This document shows positions 10,648 through 20,812 of a stretch of DNA of 64,000 nt, piece after piece. The notes under the pieces are model-generated. The model searched no databases. It saw only the letters and a program-made list of their open reading frames with translations, and was not told the DNA's origin. Positions within the stretch are counted from its first letter, which is position 1, and each line of letters starts with the position of its first letter. Position numbers and translations under genes: made by a program. Source of the DNA: an uncultured virus (IMG/VR IMGVR_UViG_3300046777_002950) (Duplodnaviria; Heunggongvirae; Uroviricota; Caudoviricetes); IMG/VR virus record IMGVR_UViG_3300046777_002950; one strand, 5' to 3'.

Positions 10648-11280
10648 TTAACCTCTAATTCTACTTACTGAAGGAAAACCACCAAACTTTAAAGTATTGT
10701 CGTGATACTGTCTACAAGCGTCTAAATCTTTGCGACAAGCCCGATTAGCAAAGGTTGTTATATTGCCAGAAATATCAAAACTTCTATTATTGGGTGCTTG
10801 ACAATCATCATCGCCAAGGATGTACTCACATCTTCTGGAATATGTCCTAGCAGGTAATTTTTTTCTCTCTAAAGAATAAGGAGAAAGGGTAAATACAAAT
10901 TGATTTTGATATTCACCCGTGTACTGACTGACCTCTAAATTCAACGGGAAAAACTGACTAGCATCTGCCGTGGGTTGACCATCCAAAAACATCGGCAATG
11001 TCTCTTTAACAAACACTTCTGCTTTGATGACTGAATAATTATCAATAATATTTCCTACCAGTCCAGAAATATCAGAAATGGTCAAAGAAGCCCGCGCTTC
11101 TACACTTTCACCTGAACGACTAAAGCTGCTTAACTGGCACGGAAAACCTTGGTAAGAAACACCACCAAAAGATACCGTCCCGTAATTGCAAATCTTAATA
11201 TCAAATTCTGAAGTTTTAACTTGAATTAAATCAATAAAAATCTCAGAATCTAATAATTGATTTTCTGAAATTAAGCTCAT
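10648..11280 (-). CDS. Minor tail protein L (lambda gpL-like)
   Basis: FGGVSYQGFP, LTISDISG, LPARTYSRRC and a four-Cys C-terminal cluster ending FGGFP. Confidence 0.9.
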   Translation of the reverse strand: MSLISENQLLDSEIFIDLIQVKTSEFDIKICNYGTVSFGGVSYQGFPCQLSSFSRSGESVEARASLTISDISGLVGNIIDNYSVIKAEVFVKETLPMFLDGQPTADASQFFPLNLEVSQYTGEYQNQFVFTLSPYSLERKKLPARTYSRRCEYILGDDDCQAPNNRSFDISGNITTFANRACRKDLDACRQYHDNTLKFGGFPSVSRIRG

Positions 11281-11456
11281 AATTCTTTATTAAAGTCAGA
11301 AGAAAGCCACTCATGCGGTAAAGGATCTCTCGTTTCATCCTCCGAAGAAGTAATTTTGATATGTGCTGTTTTCACTACTCCACCATCAAAAACAAAGCTT
11401 TTAGCAATGTACAGATCCTCATCTTTTAATAAATAAACACAACCAGTTAATTGCAT
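11277..11456 (-). CDS. Small hypothetical protein (59 aa, not in ORF track)
   Basis: MQLTGCVYLLKDED...; fills the gap exactly and has an ATGA overlap with gpL. Confidence 0.6.
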   Translation of the reverse strand: MQLTGCVYLLKDEDLYIAKSFVFDGGVVKTAHIKITSSEDETRDPLPHEWLSSDFNKEL

Positions 11457-11458
11457 GA

Positions 11459-13171
11459 TTAAAACCCTTTTAACAAGACATATCCCATAGCAACCCCACT
11501 ACCCGCGCTTGTGACAATAGCCCGTACTAATTGAGTATTAACGTTACTTACGGTACTTGTAACTGTTGAACTAGCTATTGCTGTTAATGTTGATCCAATA
11601 GCATACCAACTAGTGCCATTATCATCTGAACCCTGTAGTTGCAAACTAGGAACTGTAGTAGCTGCGCCTATATTAATATTTAATTGCAATCTATCGCAAT
11701 TCTGAACATTTAAACTAGACGTAGTACTATTTAGTGTAGTTAATACTACACTGCGATCAATTAATTGGCGAATGCTAGACACTGAATCTGAGCTTTGAAG
11801 TCTGTTGATTGAACGAGTAAAGGAAGGTGATGTACCACCAAGTGTTTGTACGTATCTAATTCGGTTTCCCAGTAATGCAAGTTTAGGGGATCTATACTGA
11901 CCAGTGGCAGTAATCCGTGGAAAAGAATACACAGTGAACCAATTAGTACCTGCATCATCCGATTCCTGAATATCAACATCAAAGGTTGGGTTTGTTCCAC
12001 TTACTGCTGATACACTAAAAAAAACAGAATAACTACATCCAGAAGCGGGTGTAATCGTAGAACTGTTTGCAGTGGTTGTTATAGCAGTAGATGTAACATC
12101 AGTAACCAATAAAGGTATTCCTAAGTTTGCTGATGTTATTGTTGTTATTGTTCCGCCGACAACATTAGCAGTTATGAAATTGGTGCTACCAAGAGACCTA
12201 AATCCTTGTATGTACACTGAAGTATTAGAAAAAGATTCAATGCTTAAATGCCCTAAAGTAAATGTTGTACTTGATGCTGGGCTGGTTGTACCATTAAAAT
12301 TCCAAAGAAATACATATAAACTAACACTTGTATCTGGGATATTTTCATAACGAGAAGCACGAGAACTGAAGAAAGGACCGGTTGCACTAGCTCTTACTTG
12401 ATCAAACCAAAATACCTCTCTTCCTGTGATTTCTGTTTGTAGTACAGTTCCGGGTGATAAAGTTGTGCTTATGTTAGCTACTGTATCACCAGGTGCCCAG
12501 CCGTTGCACTGTGCGTCAACGTTTATACTTGTAGCTGTTGTACCTGTCAGTAAATTTCGGACATAATTTCTACCAAATAGAGTACAAGTACCTGTTCCTG
12601 TGGCACTCCATCCAGATACAGTAAAATTCAAAGTATTTGTGTCTACAATGGCTGCTATGGCATACCTACCAGGTACTCCATTGCCTCCGCTAATTCCCCC
12701 AATATTTATAAATTGTCCAAGATTTAATGAAGTAAATCCGTGATTAGGCACGGTTATATTTACTGATGTAGCTGATTGAATATTGTAAGCAAGATTTTCA
12801 CCTATAAGGTCTGCCAATAATATGGCAAAGTTTGAGTTAGCAATGCGTTGAGAGGTAATAATACTCGTTCTCATTCGCATTGAGCCAGTATAAAAAGTTT
12901 TTGATCTAGCTAAAAACTCAGCATTAGCAGTTGTTCCACTAAGTATATTTAAAGTTCCATTAGCTTGGTTGTATGTTACGCCAGTTCCTACTACTGGAGT
13001 TTGTACAAAAAAAGGATCAATGACACTTGTTCCGCTGCCACTAAATACAGCAGTATCAATAATTTGGCTATCTTGACGTATAGCAGGAATATAAGGAGAG
13101 TCTGATGTTCCATCTCCTGTAGCTTTGATATATTCCGCTGTTCCTCTTACTCCTAAAACAGGTTGATTCAT
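11459..13171 (-). CDS. Putative receptor-binding or tail fibre protein
   Basis: 570 aa, T/S-rich; two C-terminal (Q.SDD.GT.W) beta modules. Confidence 0.7.
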   Translation of the reverse strand: MNQPVLGVRGTAEYIKATGDGTSDSPYIPAIRQDSQIIDTAVFSGSGTSVIDPFFVQTPVVGTGVTYNQANGTLNILSGTTANAEFLARSKTFYTGSMRMRTSIITSQRIANSNFAILLADLIGENLAYNIQSATSVNITVPNHGFTSLNLGQFINIGGISGGNGVPGRYAIAAIVDTNTLNFTVSGWSATGTGTCTLFGRNYVRNLLTGTTATSINVDAQCNGWAPGDTVANISTTLSPGTVLQTEITGREVFWFDQVRASATGPFFSSRASRYENIPDTSVSLYVFLWNFNGTTSPASSTTFTLGHLSIESFSNTSVYIQGFRSLGSTNFITANVVGGTITTITSANLGIPLLVTDVTSTAITTTANSSTITPASGCSYSVFFSVSAVSGTNPTFDVDIQESDDAGTNWFTVYSFPRITATGQYRSPKLALLGNRIRYVQTLGGTSPSFTRSINRLQSSDSVSSIRQLIDRSVVLTTLNSTTSSLNVQNCDRLQLNINIGAATTVPSLQLQGSDDNGTSWYAIGSTLTAIASSTVTSTVSNVNTQLVRAIVTSAGSGVAMGYVLLKGF

Positions 13172-13231
13172 GTTTTTAATTTATATTAATACTCAGAAAA
13201 TTTTAGCACAAAAACACCGTTTTGTGCAACT

Positions 13232-13978
13232 TTATTTAGCGTAAAAACGCATAGTGAAACTGCTGCTGCTGTTATCACTAAAAGAGTTTAAACTCACTAA
13301 ATATCCCCACAAAGAAGTGCTGTTATCCAATAATTTAAAAGTTGTATTTACCAAGATTGTTTCAGCTACAACTGTCCCCCCACCCCTGGCTAAGTTTGCA
13401 GTTAAATTGATTCCATTCAAGGTCAACATAGAAGTTCTATTTGCCGCAGGAAAACTGAAAGACTGATTATTTGCAAATGTTGTAGATGGACTTGCATTAA
13501 ATAAATACAATGCAAAATCACTCATGCCAGAAGGCATTGTACTTAAATTAAATATAATACTAATATTGGTTAAATTAACAAATCCTCCGCTAGTACCTAT
13601 GCCAGTAATCTCAAATAGATTGCCATAAACCCTATTAAGAGCGTAATTTGTTGTAGTAGATGGCTTTGTAACAACCACTTCCTTAAAGTAATTTGGTGTA
13701 CGAGATGTCACGCTACCAGAGATATCCAATGTAGCATCGCAACTCAATATATTTACATCTGGTACGTTTGTAAAAGGAGGTAGTGTACCACTAATATTAA
13801 AAGCTGTATTAGTGAAAGTCAAGCTTGGTGCAGTTCCTAAATTAAAAGTAGGAGTAGTTGCAAAAGCAGGTAAAGTGGCTAAATAAAATTGGGGAACATA
13901 AGGGGAAGCTGCTGTACCACCTCCTAATGCCTCTCTATATTCAGTAGTTCCTTGCGAGCCGATATAAGGTTGTGCCAT
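13232..13978 (-). CDS. Putative second receptor-binding or tail fibre protein
   Basis: The N-terminal ~29 aa are homologous to the N-terminus of 11459..13171. Confidence 0.65.
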   Translation of the reverse strand: MAQPYIGSQGTTEYREALGGGTAASPYVPQFYLATLPAFATTPTFNLGTAPSLTFTNTAFNISGTLPPFTNVPDVNILSCDATLDISGSVTSRTPNYFKEVVVTKPSTTTNYALNRVYGNLFEITGIGTSGGFVNLTNISIIFNLSTMPSGMSDFALYLFNASPSTTFANNQSFSFPAANRTSMLTLNGINLTANLARGGGTVVAETILVNTTFKLLDNSTSLWGYLVSLNSFSDNSSSSFTMRFYAK

Positions 13979-13994
13979 AGTTAATATCCTTGGA

Positions 13995-14333
13995 TTATAA
14001 TTGTTGGTTAAAAGTTGCTGTTATTTCCCATAAATAAGTACCCTGATTTGTGACGCTCCACTTATCACAAATAAATTCTTTATATTCATAGTATTCATTG
14101 GGTCGCCATCTAAATCTAGTAATACCTCCGTATTGCTTAAAAGTAGAAGTAATATCATTTTTGGATTGGGTATTTAAATTAGGGATAACTATATCATAAG
14201 CTATCCTAACTGAATTAGGCGCAGTTAAGATTTGGCTATAACCATCCCCTAACCTTGTAGTTTGTTGAAAGATAGTTTTATTAATAGAAAAATCCCATTT
14301 AATTGGTGGCAACATCAGGATTGGTACTGGCAT
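13995..14333 (-). CDS. Minor tail protein M (lambda gpM or distal-tail-like)
   Basis: LGDGYSQ, GITRFRWRP, FICDKW, ITATFNQ. Confidence 0.9.
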   Translation of the reverse strand: MPVPILMLPPIKWDFSINKTIFQQTTRLGDGYSQILTAPNSVRIAYDIVIPNLNTQSKNDITSTFKQYGGITRFRWRPNEYYEYKEFICDKWSVTNQGTYLWEITATFNQQL

Positions 14334-15001
14334 TAAAATTCTCCTGTAAAAATAGTATAGTTCTTACTACTAAAGTCAGCGATCGCCTGTTTGGTTAATA
14401 ATGATTGTACATAAGCACTAACTTTATTATTAATAGTAATAGCAGCTATTCTCACATAGTAATCCCCAAGACTAACATTATCCCATCTAGCTGATAATTC
14501 AAAAGTTTCAATGGGGCTACTCCATTCTGAATCTTGGGCTTTCTTGTATTGCAAACTATAGCGATCGGTGTAAGAATCGTTGACTATTTTTGTACAGGTA
14601 ATAATTCCCGTGGCTGGGGTGATAGTCCATCCAGAAAAAGGAAAACTGAACTGATTATTATTGATTTTAGTGATAGTATAATAATTATTATAAATTGATT
14701 GATTTGCTCCTTTAATTAATATTAAATCATTGGTATTATAGCCATGATTTTGTGATGTAGTCACTGTTGCTGTTGTTCCTAAAAAAGTCATGTTGGTAAC
14801 TGTAAAAGTACTATTATTGATTTCTTTTCGTGGTTGTTGCCAAGATGCTAATAAAGCGTAAATATCGGTGTTTCCATAATTAATTTTAATTAACTCTGAC
14901 TTTAAATTAATTGGTGGTGAAGCAACTACTGGTAAAGTCTCAACAACAATGTTATTAGGGATAACAATATTGGTTTCAACTAAAGTATAAAAATCAACCA
15001 T
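14333..15001 (-). CDS. FN3-like tail-tip protein (separate C-terminal part of gpJ)
   Basis: SPPINL..LASWQQP / YSLQYK..W / GDYYVRIAAI FN3 pattern with an inserted NHGY module; overlaps the J gene. Confidence 0.65.
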   Translation of the reverse strand: MVDFYTLVETNIVIPNNIVVETLPVVASPPINLKSELIKINYGNTDIYALLASWQQPRKEINNSTFTVTNMTFLGTTATVTTSQNHGYNTNDLILIKGANQSIYNNYYTITKINNNQFSFPFSGWTITPATGIITCTKIVNDSYTDRYSLQYKKAQDSEWSSPIETFELSARWDNVSLGDYYVRIAAITINNKVSAYVQSLLTKQAIADFSSKNYTIFTGEF

Positions 15002-16820
15002 AGGTTTTAGCAGTTATCTCAAATAAAGACTTATTTTCTGAGTCTGGGACTACATCAGTGACTCTGTACAATTGTACTTTATTGGTAGTATCAATGATCT
15101 GCCATGGTGATTGAATTTGTGGCAATGTAGTCAATGGTGTACTGAGATTAATCTCTGTAAAAGTTCCTGCGCCATTAGTAATAGTTCTTTCAATTACTGT
15201 CTCATCTGGAAGGGTTAAATATATTTTTTTATTAGTATTTGATGTTAATGTTACAGGCGCATCTAAAGTTACTTTAGTAGTAGTTACAGCAGAAACCAAG
15301 CCACCAATTCTTACTTTGTTCTTAGCACTATCAGAAACTTGAATTACATCACCGGGTTGGAAGAACATTGCTCGCGCCCGCACCTTACAAGTCAGAAATA
15401 TATTATTAGGTAAAGAACTAAAAATAGTCCTTCTCCCTGACCGAATAGCAGCCCCTCGTCGGGTTTCTCCTAATAAAGCGTATTCCTCAATTTGGACTCC
15501 ATATTTATCAATAGAAGCTGGGTCTTCTACAATTTCTGATATTTGTTCCCAGTCTTCAATGGTAGATTGATAAGATACTTTAGCCACAGTAGTTACAGTA
15601 TTTAACTCTTTAGTCTGGTAAGCAAATTTGCCGTCTTCCACATCTGCGTTAGTCAAGATCTTCGGTAATGCAGTCGTCGGTCTATCCTGCCAAAAACTTA
15701 ACTGTGTACCGTTCCAATAAGGTTTAGCATACATGGTAGAGCAAATAGCACGAATCATCTCTATAACTACTTCTTGTCCACCTGTACCTAAAACTGTATT
15801 AAATAAAAATCTTCTTTCTAATCCCCCGTAGCCATTATCTACATACCCATTGTTGTACACACTACATTGATATAAAGCAAACTTGTCAATATATTCCTCT
15901 GGGATACCCAGCTTAAATCTAGGTTCAGTTAATAGATAATAGACAATCCAGGCTGGATCAGCGGTTGCTTTAGTAGGTAAATAAAAATTACCATTCCAGC
16001 TACCACTAAAATCTGTCCCCCTGTCAGTGGCGTTGACTGTAGCATTGCTAGGTATCCGACATTTAATTCCGCCTAGCTTCATCCAGATTTCCGGTATTGA
16101 TTGGAAAGTTTTCGACGGGAATTGTAAGGCTAGTAATGCGGTATTAGTATATAAAATTCGGTCGTTATTAATCTCAAAGTAATCTAACCATTTTAAGCTG
16201 ACACTTTCCTTACTTTCTCTGTTGTCAGGGCTGGGCGGTTCATTGGGCACAGTTTTTTGTACCCGGACTTGAAAGCTGCTTTGAGTAGGATCAACAGGAA
16301 AATAATACTCAAAAGTCACTGGGTCAACGTACCTAGCGTTGATGCAAGTAGAATATCTTTCTACAAACGCACCATTTCCTTCTTTGATTAAAATCTTAAA
16401 ACAGCAATCAGTTCTTCTAACATCACCATTTTTATCATTATACTGCATTTGAAGGCTTAATCGAACTTTAATACCAGTAATATCAGCATTTGAGATTTGC
16501 CTTGTTGTGCCATTACCAATATTTTTGATTTCTACATTAACAGTATTGACATTACTGTTAGATATATTCAAGTTTGTCACAAAAGAGTTATTGGACTGAT
16601 TAGATCCACCAATACTATAATCAACAGACACATCAAGGAAATTAGCTGAACCATCACTATTAATTAAAGGTGTTTTATCAAAGTAAATATCAGACAAAGA
16701 AGTCATTCCTTCTAATTCGCCTTCACCAATAGCTAATAATAGCTTGACATAATCATTAGAAGTAGCTGTAATTGGGTCAGTAATTGGGTTTTTAGAAAGC
16801 GCTCTATTTGCAAATCCCAT
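14994..16820 (-). CDS. Tail tip or host-specificity protein J
   Basis: IGEGELEG, IYFDKTPL, TADPAWIVYYLLT.PRF.LG, ERRFLFN, FQPGDVIQVSD. Confidence 0.92.
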   Translation of the reverse strand: MGFANRALSKNPITDPITATSNDYVKLLLAIGEGELEGMTSLSDIYFDKTPLINSDGSANFLDVSVDYSIGGSNQSNNSFVTNLNISNSNVNTVNVEIKNIGNGTTRQISNADITGIKVRLSLQMQYNDKNGDVRRTDCCFKILIKEGNGAFVERYSTCINARYVDPVTFEYYFPVDPTQSSFQVRVQKTVPNEPPSPDNRESKESVSLKWLDYFEINNDRILYTNTALLALQFPSKTFQSIPEIWMKLGGIKCRIPSNATVNATDRGTDFSGSWNGNFYLPTKATADPAWIVYYLLTEPRFKLGIPEEYIDKFALYQCSVYNNGYVDNGYGGLERRFLFNTVLGTGGQEVVIEMIRAICSTMYAKPYWNGTQLSFWQDRPTTALPKILTNADVEDGKFAYQTKELNTVTTVAKVSYQSTIEDWEQISEIVEDPASIDKYGVQIEEYALLGETRRGAAIRSGRRTIFSSLPNNIFLTCKVRARAMFFQPGDVIQVSDSAKNKVRIGGLVSAVTTTKVTLDAPVTLTSNTNKKIYLTLPDETVIERTITNGAGTFTEINLSTPLTTLPQIQSPWQIIDTTNKVQLYRVTDVVPDSENKSLFEITAKTYG

Positions 16821-16845
16821 AACTCATTAATATTATTTAAAAATA

Positions 16846-17421
16846 TTATTTAGAACCAGTTTTATATTTCCAACCCGCTGCAAATTCTGAAGTGATTTCC
16901 AAAGAAATTACCTGAAAATTCTTGACTAATACTTCACCAAATACCAAAGGAATTGGCGTACCTTCTTTGGTAACAAGACTAGAAGATTGAAAAAAAGTAG
17001 ACTTAGCATCTTCTTTAGGATTGCCATTAATAATAGAATTAAGTAATCCAGTGGCACCACTATAAATTAATGACCACCCCAATGGTGCCGCTACCCCTGT
17101 AGCCACCAAAGCTATCCCAATGCCAATCATAGCAATATTAGTCAAAGTCTTTCCAGAACCTTCTATAATTGGGGTAATCTCAACCACACAGCCACTTACA
17201 GGCAATAAAATACTGGGTGAATCTTCCAATATATACCGTTCCCAATTGTTTCCTTTAACTACTACTGTATAATACCAATCTGAACCCAATACATAATGTT
17301 TAAAGTCAGAAAAATTGCAACATAAAAAATTAATTACTTCTCGTACTGTGTTTAAGTTGCCTTGGATTTCAGGTACAAACTTAGTCCCCAAAATACCATT
17401 TAATTTAATAGTTGTCAGCAT
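16846..17421 (-). CDS. Tail assembly protein I
   Basis: IKLNGILGTKF, ITPIIEGSG, hydrophobic Gly-rich middle, EGTPIPLVFGE. Confidence 0.9.
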   Translation of the reverse strand: MLTTIKLNGILGTKFVPEIQGNLNTVREVINFLCCNFSDFKHYVLGSDWYYTVVVKGNNWERYILEDSPSILLPVSGCVVEITPIIEGSGKTLTNIAMIGIGIALVATGVAAPLGWSLIYSGATGLLNSIINGNPKEDAKSTFFQSSSLVTKEGTPIPLVFGEVLVKNFQVISLEITSEFAAGWKYKTGSK

Positions 17422-18176
17422 AAGCACTTTAATCTGTAATGGCTAATGGTTCTTTCTCTTAAATACCTACCATAAGGTTCAATTTTACTAAGAGATTTTT
17501 GTGACATAGAGTGAAGAATCAAATTCTTTTCTGCATCCACTAAAATGGCAGCATGATTAACCTGTAACCCTCCCTTCAATGCGATCGCAAATACATCATG
17601 AATTTCTGCTTTAGTCCCTATAGGCATTAATTGTAGCTGGTGATCAAAGCTAAAAGGGCATTGATAATTGTCTGGCGGAAAATTATCAAGATGAGAGCGT
17701 TGAAATTCGCCTACATCTACACCCAGCATACCTAAAAAATAGCAGCGCCCAATTGAAAAGCAATCTGACCGTCCCCAGTGGAATGGGATGCCTTGGTAAA
17801 ATTCTACTTGTTTAGGCGTGTAATTGTTAAGATTGAGTGGAAACGGGTTGGGATTATTGGGTTCATAATAGTCCCAAACATCAAACACTGTGTGATAAAG
17901 AATGATTGGTTTTTGAGTCTGACGACTCATCTCAATATCTGTATAGGTAAAATACCCTGGTTGGCTGTCACAGCAGTGAGTATGCCAAATAGCCCTAATT
18001 TGTCCATAATTAAAATTAGCCATTTCCTGACTATTGATTTTAAAATTGTTGGCAGGTTCAGGATGACTATTGACTAATGACACTACTTGATTGCCAGCTA
18101 TTAGCCCGCATGACTCTTGTGAATCATGGACAATTAATGATTTAATTTGTTCTTTAATGACATCAGTAATTACCAT
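17415..18176 (-). CDS. Tail assembly protein K (JAB/MPN + NlpC/P60)
   Basis: ESCGLI, WHTH...D JAB motif, WGRSDCF, NHAAI, LHS. Confidence 0.92.
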   Translation of the reverse strand: MVITDVIKEQIKSLIVHDSQESCGLIAGNQVVSLVNSHPEPANNFKINSQEMANFNYGQIRAIWHTHCCDSQPGYFTYTDIEMSRQTQKPIILYHTVFDVWDYYEPNNPNPFPLNLNNYTPKQVEFYQGIPFHWGRSDCFSIGRCYFLGMLGVDVGEFQRSHLDNFPPDNYQCPFSFDHQLQLMPIGTKAEIHDVFAIALKGGLQVNHAAILVDAEKNLILHSMSQKSLSKIEPYGRYLRERTISHYRLKCLC

Positions 18177-18248
18177 AGACAATAAACAGAAACTTTGATT
18201 TTTCTCATAATAACTTATTATTAATAATAATAGCTGTAAATTATATTC

Positions 18249-20150
18249 ATGTTAAACACAAATTTATTATCCCCAAAAGTTCAAGCCTTGGTTTCCACTT
18301 GGATTGGGATGATTCAACAATCAGATAGAAACATTACAGACAAGTATGTGGAGATGCTCAAAGATTCCCCTGTAGCCTCCGCTGCTAATGATTTAAGAAC
18401 ATTATTAGGTGTATCCTTACTGGGCAAATATCAACATCCAGACGAAGATATTGAGTATTTTGTCCGGTCTGCTATTAACCAGATGGAAGGAAGTTGGTCC
18501 AATGTAATTGCCGAACTCTTGACATTCATTCCCTTTGGACGTTCATTTTCAGAAGTTAGTTACGTCATCAAGAAACGGGTAGCTTATTTAGACAAAATCC
18601 GTACCATAGACCCGCGTTACTATTGGTTTGAAGGATATTCCGGTAGTATCAAAAGAGTTCATTACATGAGAAATGCTGATATCTACATCCCCTATGAAAA
18701 TGGTATTCATTTAATCAATCAACCATACCTAGCATTGGGGGGCGACCCCTATGGCGTGGCAATATGCCGAAGGGCATACCCATACTGGGAACTAATGAAA
18801 GTTGTTAATGCTTGTATGGCGATCGCATCTGAAAGACAAGCCACTAAATTACTAGTAGCTAAAACTGATACAGCTAACAACTCTGTCACCATGATTAATC
18901 CTGAAACTGGCTATGCTTTTGCAGACCCTACCACAGGAGAACCCAGACTGTTTAACCAAGCTTACGTCATGTCTAAAAATTTAGATGACATGAAAAATAA
19001 CTCTTATGCAGTGATTGATATTGCTGATGATATATTTGCGATCGCCCACGAAACTGATGGTAGTTTCTTTATGAACATCTTAGGCTACTTAGAGTCCATG
19101 ATTATGTTGTCATGGCTAGTACCTAGAACCGTCACAGGTACAGGTGCAATTAGCAGCGGTGATAGCAACCTCAATGCTGGTCATAGGGGTATTCTTGAAT
19201 TAGTGATCAAGTCACAGATGGAACTAGTGGGGGATGTCTTGATTGAACAGGTAATCCGTCCCATGATTGAATTTAATCTTGGGGAACAAGAAAATTACGG
19301 GATTTTTCCCATTAATTCACAAGATAACGAAGATGTGATATCACTCTTAAATATTGTCAATAACTGTATAAGCACAGGCGCATTTAGTATTGACGACTTA
19401 GCTGTAATCAATAAAATGAGGGAACTAGCAGGAATAGCACCCTTGGAAGTCTTAAAAACCAAGGAGGTAATTACTGAAAAAAAGTACCATAATTGGGCAA
19501 CAAAAGCCGCCCAAGAATCAACTAGCTTTTATTGGAATCCATCTAGTCAGAGATATCAGTATGCTAATGGGAATAAAAAAGGTCAATTTGTCAGAGAAAA
19601 AGATGTAGCCAGAATTACAGAGAAAGCCATAGCAGACACGCTACAACTAGGCAACAAAGTGACTGACAACTTACTGTCAGGAAAAATTAATGTCAGCACA
19701 TGGGAACGACAAACAGCGGAACTAATCAGAAATGTTTCCTTGTACCAATACTCGCTTGGTATAGGCGGACTAAAACAGATGGACTGGCGAGATCATGCTG
19801 AACTGAGCGGTAAACTCAACTTGCAATATCAATATTTGCGAGGATTTTCCAATGAAATACTCAGAGGCGAGTTATCAGAAGCCCAGATAGCCGCTAGAGC
19901 GCAAATGTACTACAACAAAACTAGGCATTTTTATGAAGACGGTAAACTACAAGGACACACAAGAAACGGATTTTTGTGGGAACGTCGGGTAATAGCCGCC
20001 AGCCATAGTTGCAACGACTGCATCCGCTACAGTAGTATGGGATGGGCAAAAATTGGCACATTACCAAATCCTGGGGAAAACTGCAAATGTAGAGCCAACT
20101 GTAAATGTGTTAAATATTATTCAAACTCACCAATATTACCTAGCTTATGA
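18249..20150 (+). CDS. Portal protein (DUF935-like) fused to a head-morphogenesis (MuF/gp7-like) C-terminal domain
   Basis: FGRSFSEV, DPYGVAICRRAY, IRPMIEFN for the portal; the C-terminal ~215 aa have FYWN..QRY and HSCNDC...CKCRANCKC. Confidence 0.8.
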   Translation: MLNTNLLSPKVQALVSTWIGMIQQSDRNITDKYVEMLKDSPVASAANDLRTLLGVSLLGKYQHPDEDIEYFVRSAINQMEGSWSNVIAELLTFIPFGRSFSEVSYVIKKRVAYLDKIRTIDPRYYWFEGYSGSIKRVHYMRNADIYIPYENGIHLINQPYLALGGDPYGVAICRRAYPYWELMKVVNACMAIASERQATKLLVAKTDTANNSVTMINPETGYAFADPTTGEPRLFNQAYVMSKNLDDMKNNSYAVIDIADDIFAIAHETDGSFFMNILGYLESMIMLSWLVPRTVTGTGAISSGDSNLNAGHRGILELVIKSQMELVGDVLIEQVIRPMIEFNLGEQENYGIFPINSQDNEDVISLLNIVNNCISTGAFSIDDLAVINKMRELAGIAPLEVLKTKEVITEKKYHNWATKAAQESTSFYWNPSSQRYQYANGNKKGQFVREKDVARITEKAIADTLQLGNKVTDNLLSGKINVSTWERQTAELIRNVSLYQYSLGIGGLKQMDWRDHAELSGKLNLQYQYLRGFSNEILRGELSEAQIAARAQMYYNKTRHFYEDGKLQGHTRNGFLWERRVIAASHSCNDCIRYSSMGWAKIGTLPNPGENCKCRANCKCVKYYSNSPILPSL

Positions 20151-20335
20151 AAGATAAATTAAATGATTTTGTGCCTGTAGTATTTGCTTTGCTTAGTGCA
20201 ATTATCACCATAGTTACCATGATAGTTCCTGATCTATCAGACACAAAAGCCAATGGTGCATTTAATATTGCATTAGCATTAGCATCTGGTAGTGCTGGTT
20301 TAGCTGTATCCAAGGATCGGAAAAAAGATGAATGA
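20147..20335 (+). CDS. Small two-TM membrane protein (holin-like)
   Basis: Two hydrophobic segments and a charged C-tail KDRKKDE. Confidence 0.5.
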   Translation: MKDKLNDFVPVVFALLSAIITIVTMIVPDLSDTKANGAFNIALALASGSAGLAVSKDRKKDE

Positions 20336-20483
20336 ATTTACACCACCACCGGAAGAATTACCACCGTTAGAATCATTGATGAGTAGTTTAAGTATCAACC
20401 AAGAGACTGCTGAACAAGTGATTCAAGGATTTGTGGACAATCCCCCGATACCTGAATTAGCCAATCTACCATTAGCAGAATAA
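20328..20483 (+). CDS. Small acidic Pro-rich protein (51 aa, not in ORF track)
   Basis: MNEFTPPPEELPPLES...; overlaps the upstream stop. Confidence 0.5.
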   Translation: MNEFTPPPEELPPLESLMSSLSINQETAEQVIQGFVDNPPIPELANLPLAE

Positions 20484-20529
20484 TTTTGCAAGGGTTAACG
20501 GCTGTTAATCTCTCTACTTATCCATAACA

Positions 20530-20560
20530 CAACAAAACCGCTTAAATAGCGGTTTTGTTG
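20530..20560. terminator. Terminator-like hairpin between convergent units
   Basis: CAACAAAACCGCT-TAAAT-AGCGGTTTTGTTG. Confidence 0.75.
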
Positions 20561-20623
20561 CGGCAATCATACGACTACCCCTAGACTATGCCTACTTTTA
20601 TATTACCCAGCAATCAACTTACT

Positions 20624-20800
20624 TTGACATACTCACCGACCTGAAGGTGCGATGATTCTTGACACTTCACTGGAACACGCCACAAGTGGTCTTATCGTCC
20701 ATCCATGTCCGTTTAAAGTCTCCCAATGCCCTAGGCGACTATAGCCAAATTTTAACATAAAGCCGTCTTAAAAGGACGGGGCTTGTATCCCAGATTTTTG
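20624..20800 (-). mobile_element. Non-autonomous IS200/IS605-family element (177 bp; left end plus right end/omegaRNA, no tnpA or tnpB)
   Basis: Minus strand: TTGAC|CAAAAATCTGGGATACAAGCCCCGTCCTTTTAAGACGGCTTT (left-end hairpin) ... AAGAATCATCGCACCTTCAGGTCGGTGAGTATGTCAA (typical right end finishing in TCAA). Confidence 0.8.
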
Positions 20801-20812
20801 GTCAACTCATAT

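Noticed and set aside
5183..13978. Diversity-generating retroelement or invertase-driven tail fibre switching
   Set aside because: No reverse transcriptase, recombinase, TR/VR pair or flanking inverted repeats were seen.
16673..16686. 14-nt match (TTACTTTGATAAAA) between spacer 5 and the minus strand of the gpJ gene, suggesting self-targeting
   Set aside because: Short and AT-rich, and the rest of the spacer does not match; plausible by chance in 64 kb.
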